This document shows positions 9,959-20,000 of a stretch of DNA of 64,000 nucleotides, piece after piece. The notes under the pieces are model-generated. The model did not search any database. It was given only the letters and a program-made list of their open reading frames with translations, and had not been told where the DNA came from. The stretch is from a virus. Position 1 is the stretch's first letter. The number at the start of each line of letters is the position of its first letter. The stretch is taken from IMG/VR virus record IMGVR_UViG_3300008085_000023, positions 64,001 through 128,000 of that record; one strand, 5' to 3'. The position numbers and the translations under genes were made by a program.

Positions 9959-11209
9959 TTATCCCTTGACCGATATCAAAGGACGAAGCTTCACGAGAGG
10001 CTCTACAAGATCACTCTGGTTCGCCATAACAGTATCAATATCCTTGTAAGCGCCGGGGGCTTCAGAGACATCCAAGAGGCCCTTATCTCTACCGTGACGG
10101 AAAGGTTTGAATTCACTATGGATGATGCCGTCTAATGAGGCCTCAACATCAGGAGAGCCAGCCATAGAACGTGAGTAAGCCTTACGACTCATCGTTCGTC
10201 CAGCCCCATGGCTACACGACATCAGAGATAAGTGATTCCCAAGACCTTTGGTAATATATGATGGAGTACCCATAGAACCCGGGATGATGCCTACGAGGCC
10301 TTCTGATGCCTTAGTTGCGCCCTTCCGGTGTACCCATAGGTTCCTACCATAGTGATTCTCCAGCGCCGCGTAGTTGTGGTGAATGTTGATCATATTATAC
10401 TCAGCCTGGCCAGTCACCTTGGACCATGTGATAAACTCAACATCTGGGAAGTGATCCCTGAATGCAGCCTTAACTTCCTGCATCATCACTCTACGGTTTA
10501 GATAGGCAAAGTCCAAAGCGAAGTTCATCCACGAAATATAGCCCTTACCCAATTCAGTGGTCGTTGGGATGTACGCAATATCGTGGGAAATGCAATAATT
10601 ACTCAATACTGACCTCGCAAGATCGTTGAAATAATCACCCGTCACCTTACCCAAGTTACGTGAACCCGAGTGAACCATAGCCCAGATACCTCCAGCTTCG
10701 TCAGCCTGAATTTCGATGAAGTGATTTCCACCGCCCAACGTACCAAGCTGATCCCAAACTGCCCGAGGATAGTCATCAACAGGCGCGTGCTTAATAGCGT
10801 TATCATCCAATTCAAATTCCATATCATTGAAGTCTTTCTCAAAAACAATCGAAAGTTCCCGAGCCCGGTCTTTCGAATTGTGAGAGAAGCCCGTAGGGAT
10901 ACGACGAGTGATGTTGCTGAATAACTTCTGACGAACATCATCACTGAGGTCATCAATTAGGAGGTCGGTTTTCATTGCACACATTCCGCAGCCGATGTCG
11001 GCTCCTACAAAGTTGGGTACGATGATGTTGTCTGTAGCAACAACTCCACCAATACACATATCCATCCCAAGGTGGCCATCAGGCATCAGACAGGAGTGTA
11101 CAGTGAAAGGAAGGTTAGCTATTACCTTCATCTGATCGATAGCATTCTGGGCCACATCAGGAGCCCAAGAACGGATCTCCTTACCAGTATCTGTAGTAAT
11201 AATATTCAT
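9959..11209 (-). CDS. rtcB: RtcB RNA ligase
   Basis: DIGCG, GGGNHFIE, HSGSR, HRKGA, IPGSMG, HGAGR, EAPGAYK. Confidence 0.96.
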   Translation of the reverse strand: MNIITTDTGKEIRSWAPDVAQNAIDQMKVIANLPFTVHSCLMPDGHLGMDMCIGGVVATDNIIVPNFVGADIGCGMCAMKTDLLIDDLSDDVRQKLFSNITRRIPTGFSHNSKDRARELSIVFEKDFNDMEFELDDNAIKHAPVDDYPRAVWDQLGTLGGGNHFIEIQADEAGGIWAMVHSGSRNLGKVTGDYFNDLARSVLSNYCISHDIAYIPTTTELGKGYISWMNFALDFAYLNRRVMMQEVKAAFRDHFPDVEFITWSKVTGQAEYNMINIHHNYAALENHYGRNLWVHRKGATKASEGLVGIIPGSMGTPSYITKGLGNHLSLMSCSHGAGRTMSRKAYSRSMAGSPDVEASLDGIIHSEFKPFRHGRDKGLLDVSEAPGAYKDIDTVMANQSDLVEPLVKLRPLISVKG

Positions 11210-11243
11210 ATTCGTTTCTTTCTTGTATTATAGCATGTTAAGA

Positions 11244-12419
11244 TTATACGAGGCCGTCATCGTCCCTGGGATCACCCATGGGATCGAGCTCGATTTCCTC
11301 GTCGGTGAAGACCTTTTCACCGGCGTCAATCTTAGAGTAGAGCTCTTCGAAAGCCTCCGAGGTTTCGGCCGCAAAGCGGTTTGTCACCAGGGCGATTGCT
11401 GCCTTGCGGTTACCGAGGATCGCATAGGTTTTTACCGTGTGATCGAGGCGGCGGGTGGAGATGACGTCATCAACTCCGCCGGCATCAAACGTCTGGCGGA
11501 TGATCTTGGCCCAATCCACCAACTTGGTAGCAAAGTCCTCATCCATTGCGTTATAGCGTTCCATAGAACGCAGCACAATCTTAAGCTCAGTTGTCCGAGA
11601 CGGGAACGGCTGCTTCACAATGATGGGGAAGCGTTCGAGGAATGCTTCATCCAAGAGACTAGCTGCAGTATATCGTCCATCTTCATCCCCACGACCAGTT
11701 GTATTAGCAGTAGCGATGATGGTGAATCCAGGGGCAGGGTAGACCGTCTGGCAAATCTTCTTTAGGAGGACCGAGTTACCCTCGAGGATAGACTGCAGAC
11801 ACATGATCTTGTTCGTAGCACGGTCGATTTCGTCGAGGAGAAGTACAGCGCCTTCTTCCATAGCCCGAATTACGGGACCCTTGGCAAACACCGTGTCACC
11901 ATCCTGCAAGCGGAACCCACCAATCAGATCGTCCTCATCCGTTTCCGGTGAGAGATTGACACGGATGAACTTCCGCTTGAGCTTAGCACAAAGCTGCTCT
12001 ACCATGATGGTCTTTCCATTACCCGAAGGTCCTGCCACATAGACAGGGAAAAACTGTTCGGACTTGATGATCTTCTCCAACGTGGAATGGTGACCCCACC
12101 GAACGTAAAACGGATCAATGTGGGGGATGTATGTGGCTTCATCCAACACATGACTATGCATTGGCGCCATTTCGAGAGTCTTAGTCTCAATAGCTCGCCG
12201 CTGAATCATCGGCGAAGGCGGCTGGTCAGCAGCCGGTGCAGAGACCGGTTCGTCACCCAATATCTTGGCGATGTTGTAATGACCACGCTTTGCAGTCCGA
12301 AACTCGGGTTTGCAGATGTGTTTATATATCATCTTGTCCTCAATGCCGGCGGCAGCTGCTGCAGTGAGGATCTGACTACGGGATACGGATGCGCCGTGGT
12401 CAGCCATAATGGACTGCAT
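11244..12419 (-). CDS. CobS/MoxR-like AAA+ ATPase
   Basis: GPSGNGKT, LLLDEID, ATANT, AFLERF. Confidence 0.88.
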   Translation of the reverse strand: MQSIMADHGASVSRSQILTAAAAAGIEDKMIYKHICKPEFRTAKRGHYNIAKILGDEPVSAPAADQPPSPMIQRRAIETKTLEMAPMHSHVLDEATYIPHIDPFYVRWGHHSTLEKIIKSEQFFPVYVAGPSGNGKTIMVEQLCAKLKRKFIRVNLSPETDEDDLIGGFRLQDGDTVFAKGPVIRAMEEGAVLLLDEIDRATNKIMCLQSILEGNSVLLKKICQTVYPAPGFTIIATANTTGRGDEDGRYTAASLLDEAFLERFPIIVKQPFPSRTTELKIVLRSMERYNAMDEDFATKLVDWAKIIRQTFDAGGVDDVISTRRLDHTVKTYAILGNRKAAIALVTNRFAAETSEAFEELYSKIDAGEKVFTDEEIELDPMGDPRDDDGLV

Positions 12420-12497
12420 GAGGTGTGTGAGTGATTCGTCTTTGATGAGATGCGCCGTGATTTCTTCTTCCTTATTACTGTACTCGATTGTGATATA

Positions 12498-12527
12498 ATA
12501 ATACCACAGTTAAGACTAAATGTACAC
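12498..12527 (-). promoter_or_regulatory. early-type promoter
   Basis: GTGTACA-N17-TATTAT. Confidence 0.75.
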
Positions 12528-12746
12528 CATTATTTTCGGCCAGATGCATAAATTGGCTTCTGGATGGAATATAGCCATAAAATAGTCTAGATGTCATATA
12601 ATCAGTAGGGATATGGTTATTGTTGTGGTTGTAGAGTCATTCTGGAGCCCTACGGGCATCTAGAACCAGCAGGAGGGTATATCCCAAGGGGATACGAATC
12701 GAGGGCCTCAGGAGTGATCCCGAAGGCCCCGAAACTACAGTTTATA

Positions 12747-15224
12747 CTAGAACTGCCCACAAACTGCAGAAGCAAAGATACTACAGAACAGCTTCTTTGA
12801 CTTATGAGACTTACCAAACCGCATGAAGGTTTGTGTGATTTCCTTGATGTTTTCTTCTTCACACTCAATATCACCAAAGGACGATATATTACCACTATTC
12901 GCAGTTAAGACATAGATGTACTGATCGTACCCAATGATGTTTTCGTAGGCAGCGATGCCAACTTTACGCAGTTCCCGCATTGCGTTGTTAATATCAATCT
13001 TAGTCTCGGATATATTCTCAAGCATCTTAAGATCCTCTTGACCATATTCGTAACTATAAGGACGGCGGGTCAAGTCATACGATTCATTCATACACCCGAT
13101 TGTATTCTTCAACGATCTCTGACTATTGGAGATATAGAAGCATAACGTATTCGTACCATATAGAGCTTTAATGTTCTTTAATAATGCATGATGGTGAACG
13201 TTATGCACATGCGTATTTGTGCGGGTCTTGCCGACGCCATTTGTCAACTTCACCTTGCCTCCAGCTATCCTGCCATACGCAGCGGTTTCAACATTGCGTT
13301 TATCCCATGGAGTATAGACATCATAATTGACAATCTTGCATCGCGAACCAGAACCGTCAGATAGGACAATGAGGTTCGATACCTGAACATTCGTCTTCGC
13401 AATGAATTCCTTCAGTATGTAAGTAACTGCCACGAGAGCTTCGTTTAACGGTGTGGAACCCATGTGTTCAAAACTAGAAATTACCTTGCAAGGGAATTCA
13501 ATAAGACCAAGATAAAGGTCCTTCTTCGCTCGGAGATATATTGACTTAGGCATGGACGAGGATAACACTTCTATAAGATGAAGATTAAGAAGCGAAAGCT
13601 CATGCGTCTGCAACTCAGGTTTTTTAGTATTACCAGGACGCACTTCATCACGTACAGAAGTAAAGGTATATACCGAAAATGGTATGCCAGTGATTCTGCA
13701 GAAGTCCGTTAGAATGATCGTCTTTTCAATTACTGCACCGATGCAGCTCGACATTGAACCCGAGAAATCCACAAGAAAAATCATTCCGTGGTTCTTGGCG
13801 TCAGCCAACTGCATTATGGTTTTAAAAATATTATCATCAGTTTTGTAGCGATGCAGCGAGTTCACATTGATGACACCACGGCGGGACTCACCTGCTCTGG
13901 TGTACTGAAACGCAGCCTTCTTACGCTCAAACTCATTGGCTAACTGGCTAGCTAACTTCTTACTATCCTTGGTGAATACATTCCACCTATTAATGATGTC
14001 AGGCTTATTTCCCATTGATAAAATGTGCGAATTATACCAAGAATCCGCATTGCGAGCAGCAATAGCCTTGGCCCACGGCGTAACAACATAGTCTAGAGCT
14101 TCGCGAGAAGGCTCAATAAATTCGCAATCAAGCGCAAAGTCAGTCTGACCAATTTCCTGCGACTTTTCAGAGAGAGCCTCGTTAAAAGCCTCTTCAGTTT
14201 CAGAAACGAATTCCTCTTCAGGTTCGTTATCTACGTTAGTGCCATCCCCATCCGGCGCCGCATCCGGATTACTCTTGCCGTTATCATCACCTTGCGTAGA
14301 CTTGGCATTAGCATCGTCAGGATTGCTGCTTTCATCATTATCAGAATCTTCAGTTTTGGCCGAGTCAGAATCTTCAGTTTCGTCGCCAGACTTCGTGGGA
14401 ATGTTGTTATCGTTGTCAGAATCTTCAGTTTCGTCGCCAGACTTCGTGGGGATCACATTGTCCTCAGACTTCTCAGGCTCTTCATCGGTTGAGGGTTCAT
14501 CCTCTTCACCGCCAAAGCCCCCAACGTCTTCGCAATCTGATCGATCAGCTTCAGTATCGCTGATGTCGACCTTAATTTCCGGCATTGCGCTAACTTCAGG
14601 TTCGGCTTCCTTAGACATAAAGTTATCGATGATGCGATTAGCGACACGCTCGACGTCCTCCGCAGTTTCTACAGAGAAAGCATCATCTACAAGAGACTTT
14701 TCTTCGGGTGTGAAATTGGGGTTAATTATACCCGTACCACACTTGGCAAGGACGTTCAAGCGATCAAGGACGTTCATGCTATCAAGAGCAATCTGATCCT
14801 TGACGTTCTTTCCGAAGAAGTCGATATCGAATAGATATTTGTACCCAGCGCGGAAGTCCTTGATGAGGCCCGGGTAAGACCGCATAATTTTCTTCTCAAT
14901 GCGGATATCTTCAAGGATGTTGAAGACGGAATGAAAGCGACGATACTTCGGGTTCGATTTGAGAGCATTAAAATCTTCGATTGAGCTCCATAGCGCATGC
15001 CCCACTTCGTGACCTATAAAGAGATCGTACACTGCACGAGGAGCATCAAGCATCACTGGCAATCCCACCGTACGTGTCTCCATATTAAAGAAGGCCGTGC
15101 GATATGTTGCAGAACGATGGATTTTGATGTTTTCCTTGGCGAGTAATCGACCGACAGTATTTTGTACGTCGACGGCGAAGGGCGAATGGACAGCATCATT
15201 GGTCTTTGGTATTGTATCTATCAT
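12747..15224 (-). CDS. CobT-like metallopeptidase/vWA protein
   Basis: HEVGH, acidic linker, MIDAS DFSGS, STPL, LSDG; adjacent to AAA partner. Confidence 0.85.
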   Translation of the reverse strand: MIDTIPKTNDAVHSPFAVDVQNTVGRLLAKENIKIHRSATYRTAFFNMETRTVGLPVMLDAPRAVYDLFIGHEVGHALWSSIEDFNALKSNPKYRRFHSVFNILEDIRIEKKIMRSYPGLIKDFRAGYKYLFDIDFFGKNVKDQIALDSMNVLDRLNVLAKCGTGIINPNFTPEEKSLVDDAFSVETAEDVERVANRIIDNFMSKEAEPEVSAMPEIKVDISDTEADRSDCEDVGGFGGEEDEPSTDEEPEKSEDNVIPTKSGDETEDSDNDNNIPTKSGDETEDSDSAKTEDSDNDESSNPDDANAKSTQGDDNGKSNPDAAPDGDGTNVDNEPEEEFVSETEEAFNEALSEKSQEIGQTDFALDCEFIEPSREALDYVVTPWAKAIAARNADSWYNSHILSMGNKPDIINRWNVFTKDSKKLASQLANEFERKKAAFQYTRAGESRRGVINVNSLHRYKTDDNIFKTIMQLADAKNHGMIFLVDFSGSMSSCIGAVIEKTIILTDFCRITGIPFSVYTFTSVRDEVRPGNTKKPELQTHELSLLNLHLIEVLSSSMPKSIYLRAKKDLYLGLIEFPCKVISSFEHMGSTPLNEALVAVTYILKEFIAKTNVQVSNLIVLSDGSGSRCKIVNYDVYTPWDKRNVETAAYGRIAGGKVKLTNGVGKTRTNTHVHNVHHHALLKNIKALYGTNTLCFYISNSQRSLKNTIGCMNESYDLTRRPYSYEYGQEDLKMLENISETKIDINNAMRELRKVGIAAYENIIGYDQYIYVLTANSGNISSFGDIECEEENIKEITQTFMRFGKSHKSKKLFCSIFASAVCGQF
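14364..14450. repeat. 36-bp direct repeat in acidic linker
   Basis: PTKSGDETEDSD encoded twice. Confidence 0.85.
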
Positions 15225-15230
15225 GATACC

Positions 15231-15261
15231 ATTATACCACAGTTTGGGCCCATTTGTACAC
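15231..15261 (-). promoter_or_regulatory. early-type promoter
   Basis: GTGTACA-N18-TATAAT. Confidence 0.75.
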
Positions 15262-15334
15262 CATTATTTTAGCCAAAATGCGTAAATTGGCCTACAAGAG
15301 ACCTTTAAGACTGAAAATAATCTTGACATGCAGC

Positions 15335-16999
15335 CTAAACTAGGGACGCAAGATAGAAATAATGGCTATTTGCGGTTGGCAATTGGGCGGGATCTGTAGC
15401 TCCAGAGACGTCAATACTGTAGTGAGAGAAGAATGATAAAGTATTTCCGTACGTGGCATTTTCTGCAGTATTAAGTAGAGTAGAATCGCCCAATAATGTC
15501 ATTCTGATAGTTGTTGCTGTAGAAGTTGGATTATACACATTAGCAGAAGGTTGGATGATTGAAGCTGCAGCATTGATCGCCCCCGCGAAGATGTTTGAGC
15601 AATCAGTAAATGTGAACCCAAGTGCTGAAGGACGGAATGTTACTTGTGAACCTTCCCAGATTTTGAATGCTGAAGTGCAGTTGCTGAAGTTACATGGCGC
15701 TATAAATGATATGTTAGAATCCTGCTTCAATGTGAATGTGCATGTATCAAAATTTAGATATGCGAATTCAACTGCTGCATGTTTACGACCAGTGAAAGAA
15801 AGATCCATGCCTTGAATCGTCACACCTGTATCGCCAGTAGAAGCGATTGTTTCACCTGTGATAACCACTTTTCCTGGACCACTAGGGAGATAATCAGTGA
15901 GATTTGAATCACCCACCACAAGTGTTGCCATATCATCAACGGGTGTGGCTAATGGTCTATTAAACTGAATTGTAAGTGTGACGTCTGGGCTTATATAATC
16001 GAAAGCGCGAAGAGCGTTTTGTAATTGTTCAATTGAGCTATATGTTGTTTCATCTGGATTAATGACAAACAGCGTATCTTGGTCGCACGAAACTATACGA
16101 TTATATCCACGGAAATATCCAAGCTTAGTACCATAATCATATGACGCTGCCGTTTGATAAAAATCGAGCATTTCATCCATATATACTTCAAACGCGGCGC
16201 GCTGGTCAATTAATTCTAGATACTGTGCTGACAAATTGTCCCACTGCGCTTCATACGTTTCTGACTCAAGGATGGCATCATTAATTTCCTGATCCCTATC
16301 ATCAAGTGAGCTCACTACTAATGCGTTTAGAGCAGTATCTAACGCCAAATTATCTGATACGACCTGATCCAAAGCGTCCGATGCTAGCTGAAGCGCCGCA
16401 GCATTGGCAGTTTCTTGGCTAGTAATAATGTTGTTAGTTCGAATGACCGTGGTGTTTAATGCATGGAGAACATCTGCGACATTATCTTCATCAAATGCTG
16501 TGTAGTCATTATCAATCTTAATAGTTGAAGCTAAATGCGAAGTAGTGGCCCCAGTCGCATGATTGACAAGATCAGATTGAAGTCCAACAATTACATTGGC
16601 TAATACGGTTATTACTGTTTCGAGATTTGTTGCAGTCGTTAATGCGCGTAGAGCAGCATCTGCACCAAGTCTATCAACTCGAATTGAAGGAGCTTCGTGG
16701 GACACTTCGGCCGTGTTATTGATATGAGCATAAAGAGGAATAAGTGCTTCGGCAACATTATTAACAGTGTTGCTTTCTAGATCAGTAAGGTCAGCTGTTG
16801 AAATTTGATCAGCACGATGGGCACCAACAACGCTGCCTTCTATATGTTGGTTCAATTCATAGATTGCTGCTGCATTTGCCGCGTTCTGTGTCAATATGTC
16901 AGCTGCAATTCCCAACACTGAACGAAGAATGTCTACTTGACCCTGAGTCGGCGCATTAGTGTCAGACCCTATTGTTTTACTTAAATCTATTGTGCTCAT
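15335..16999 (-). CDS. putative virion structural protein
   Basis: late promoter; H-x-A repeats, coiled coil, beta-helix-like C-terminus. Confidence 0.55.
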   Translation of the reverse strand: MSTIDLSKTIGSDTNAPTQGQVDILRSVLGIAADILTQNAANAAAIYELNQHIEGSVVGAHRADQISTADLTDLESNTVNNVAEALIPLYAHINNTAEVSHEAPSIRVDRLGADAALRALTTATNLETVITVLANVIVGLQSDLVNHATGATTSHLASTIKIDNDYTAFDEDNVADVLHALNTTVIRTNNIITSQETANAAALQLASDALDQVVSDNLALDTALNALVVSSLDDRDQEINDAILESETYEAQWDNLSAQYLELIDQRAAFEVYMDEMLDFYQTAASYDYGTKLGYFRGYNRIVSCDQDTLFVINPDETTYSSIEQLQNALRAFDYISPDVTLTIQFNRPLATPVDDMATLVVGDSNLTDYLPSGPGKVVITGETIASTGDTGVTIQGMDLSFTGRKHAAVEFAYLNFDTCTFTLKQDSNISFIAPCNFSNCTSAFKIWEGSQVTFRPSALGFTFTDCSNIFAGAINAAASIIQPSANVYNPTSTATTIRMTLLGDSTLLNTAENATYGNTLSFFSHYSIDVSGATDPAQLPTANSHYFYLASLV

Positions 17000-17016
17000 A
17001 TCTGTATTTATACGGC

Positions 17017-20000
17017 TTAGTTATAACGTGAAAGCCATGTACCCTTTTCTAATGAAGCTTCGGTTAACGTAATTGCTGTAGAAAGATTATCAACTCCCAC
17101 GGTACTTCGTGTAGTACTTTGATTATACTGCAATTGGCCAGGTGTTGAATATTTATGAGTGTTCCACTGGCCATGAACAAAATCGTTATAGTTCAAAAAT
17201 AAGCTACCGCCTCTAATCTCCACAGAGCGCACTGCTAATGACGATAGGGGATTACTAATGAAATTCTTTTCAGCCATCGAGAAGGAAGCTTGAAGACTTC
17301 TGCGACCATCTCCTATCGCAATTGGTCCGTATAGATAAAAGCTTGAACGTTCGTCAATAACAATATTCTGATACCAACCATGATATAGATTACTTCCTGC
17401 ACCGATAAAATGCAAAACAGATAGAGGAACAAACGCAGTGTTTTCATATAGTTCAAATGTCGTTAAGCCTTTATCTGTGTTATTTCCGTTATACTGCGAA
17501 ATAGCGCGCAGATGACTTCTACCCTTGCAACATATTGCGATAGCTTGTCCAACATTAGTGCTTTCAGTATTGTCTAATAGAGGTCCTTCAAATACAAATG
17601 ACAATGCTTCAGGAACATTAGGCCATGTTAAATTTACAACATGCTTACTTGACTGGAATATATCAACCGTGCTACGATCATCAACGAAGATGCCAAACTT
17701 ATTCCATTTGCCCGATAGCTTCATTGGACATACAAAATCTAGCTTGCTATTATTCGTTACTGATACAGCTGTTGAACCATTGCCTGTAGCATGCAGCTCA
17801 ATACTGTTAAGCTCAATATTGCATGCGTCAGGACCAGAAGAATACGTAATACCAGACGATCCAGAAAAACTAAATGTCGTTAGAATATTAGAATAGTTGT
17901 ATGCGAGCAATGGACTTTCAGCACTCTCTAGTTCGCGTTCGCCGCGAAGAATAATCTTACCGGCGCCTGGTAGAGCAATGCGATTCAGATCTAAACCTGT
18001 ACTAAAGTTATAATATCCTGCTGGGAAGTTTAGTGTTAGGACACCCCCAGTCGCAACGTAATCGTAATTAGACTGAATAGTAGAATATACTTCATTGTTA
18101 CGAACAGTATCAGATACTACAAACTGTTGTGTTATTTCTTCATTATCAGTAAATGCTCTTGCTATGATTTTCAATTCATCGGGAGATGCAATACCATACG
18201 TAACTGAATACCCAAGATTAAACATACTATTTGCATTAGTAACCCTCCAACCCATTTCACTCATCACGTCGCGATACGCAGCCATAGATGAATATGTTCG
18301 ATTAACTTTACTATTCAATAGAGAAAAATCAACGCCTTCAGTCGTTGCAACTTTAAAGCCAGAGATCGTTAACTCAGTAGCGCCAGCTGCTGACATATCG
18401 TCGAACGCAGTTGCAAGATCAGAGAAATCGCATGCCAGTGACGCTGCGCCAGAAGTGGTTCGGCCAGTTTGTCTTTGCACGATTGGCTTGTATTCCTTAA
18501 TCGTGTTGAATTCGTAATATGAAAACGCCGGCTGATAACGACTCCTGTTGGCATACCCATCTAGATATAATTCTTCATATGTCGTCCAGGTCGTCTGGAT
18601 TTTCATTGGCCACTCAGTCCATGGAGTCTTGCCAAAGTAAATCACTTCGCCATCAACCGCTTTAACAGCGGCAATCGTCATAACATAATCATCTGATACG
18701 TTAATGGTGTACTTGTTTCCAAGATTCACAGTCCTATCAGCAAGATTTTGAATTGCCCATTTAACTTGATCAATACGTCCAATTGAATACTCAATATTCC
18801 CATTAGCATCTAACTTAGGCGCGCGGGGACCATTGTCAAGTGGAGGGAATGCTGTTTCGTTTAGCAACGAAGCCTCGCGATAAAAGCGTCCATCGTTCAT
18901 TGCTATACCACCATTATGGTATCCAAAATAGTCCCAACTATCATTCTCATTGATTTGATTAAAGAAGTATCCAAACACTTCGTTGAATGCATTAGAATCA
19001 ACTGTTGAATGAATTTCAAAATCAGAAAACCATAATTGAGGTTGCTCCCATGCTTCGCGCGAAGAGTTAATGCTGCTTGGCAACCACGACGATGGGTACC
19101 AATATTTATCTTCGCCTACGGGAATCATTCGGTTGAATAGTTGCTTAAGATCAAACGTTAACGAAGCTCTGACTGCACCGGCGTCACCAATAACACTTTC
19201 TGCGAGAGCTGGGTTAAGTGATTCAAGTTTAACTTCAGTTTCAGCTGATGTTGCGGGATCAATATATTTTGCTATAGGAATTGTATTATTTGGCTCGAAC
19301 GTTACTTCGGTCGATTTAACTATAGCAGGAATAACACCAACAACCTGTGACAGAACTTCTTCGCTATTGAGTGTTTGCGACTTAATAAGCAACGTATTAT
19401 CTTGAAAGGTTATTAGATAATCTGGACCGTAATCTTTTTCAGTGATAGTTGTTTTTAAATCATCAAGGGTAAAGAATATGCCATTGTTTAAATCAGCATT
19501 CAATTGTGTTAGTGCACTAGGTGAACCAACATTACTTACAAATTTAAATCCCTCTAATGTAACGCCCCAAAAAGCATTAGCTTCACCTACTGGATGAGCT
19601 GCAAGGAACACATTATTAAGTGCAGAAAAATCGCATAATATCGATGAACCTTCTTCGATAAGAACACCTGGTTCTGATTCGTATACTGGAGGCGTTGTTG
19701 TGTACTCTTCCCACGATTGCTCGCCTTCAACTTCGATTTTACGACGTACATCATACGTAGCGTCCACTGAAATTAATTCAGTATTTGTTGGATCATTAGC
19801 AACAATACTAAATGTCATTGGATCGCGTGTTACTAATGGATCTACATCGCCATTCTCGTAATCATGATTCCAGCCGTTTTCATTAATCGTAATTGTGTAA
19901 TTTGGAATGAGCTCATTTGCAGCGCGAATCTTCGAAATAATATAACGTCTAAATGATCCAGGTGTGCTATAATCGCCAGGAGGTACTACTAATAGATCAT

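Noticed and set aside
12420-12497. Non-AUG N-terminal extension of the CobS-like ATPase
   Set aside because: The frame is open and an AAGGA is present, but no start codon can be supported from sequence alone.
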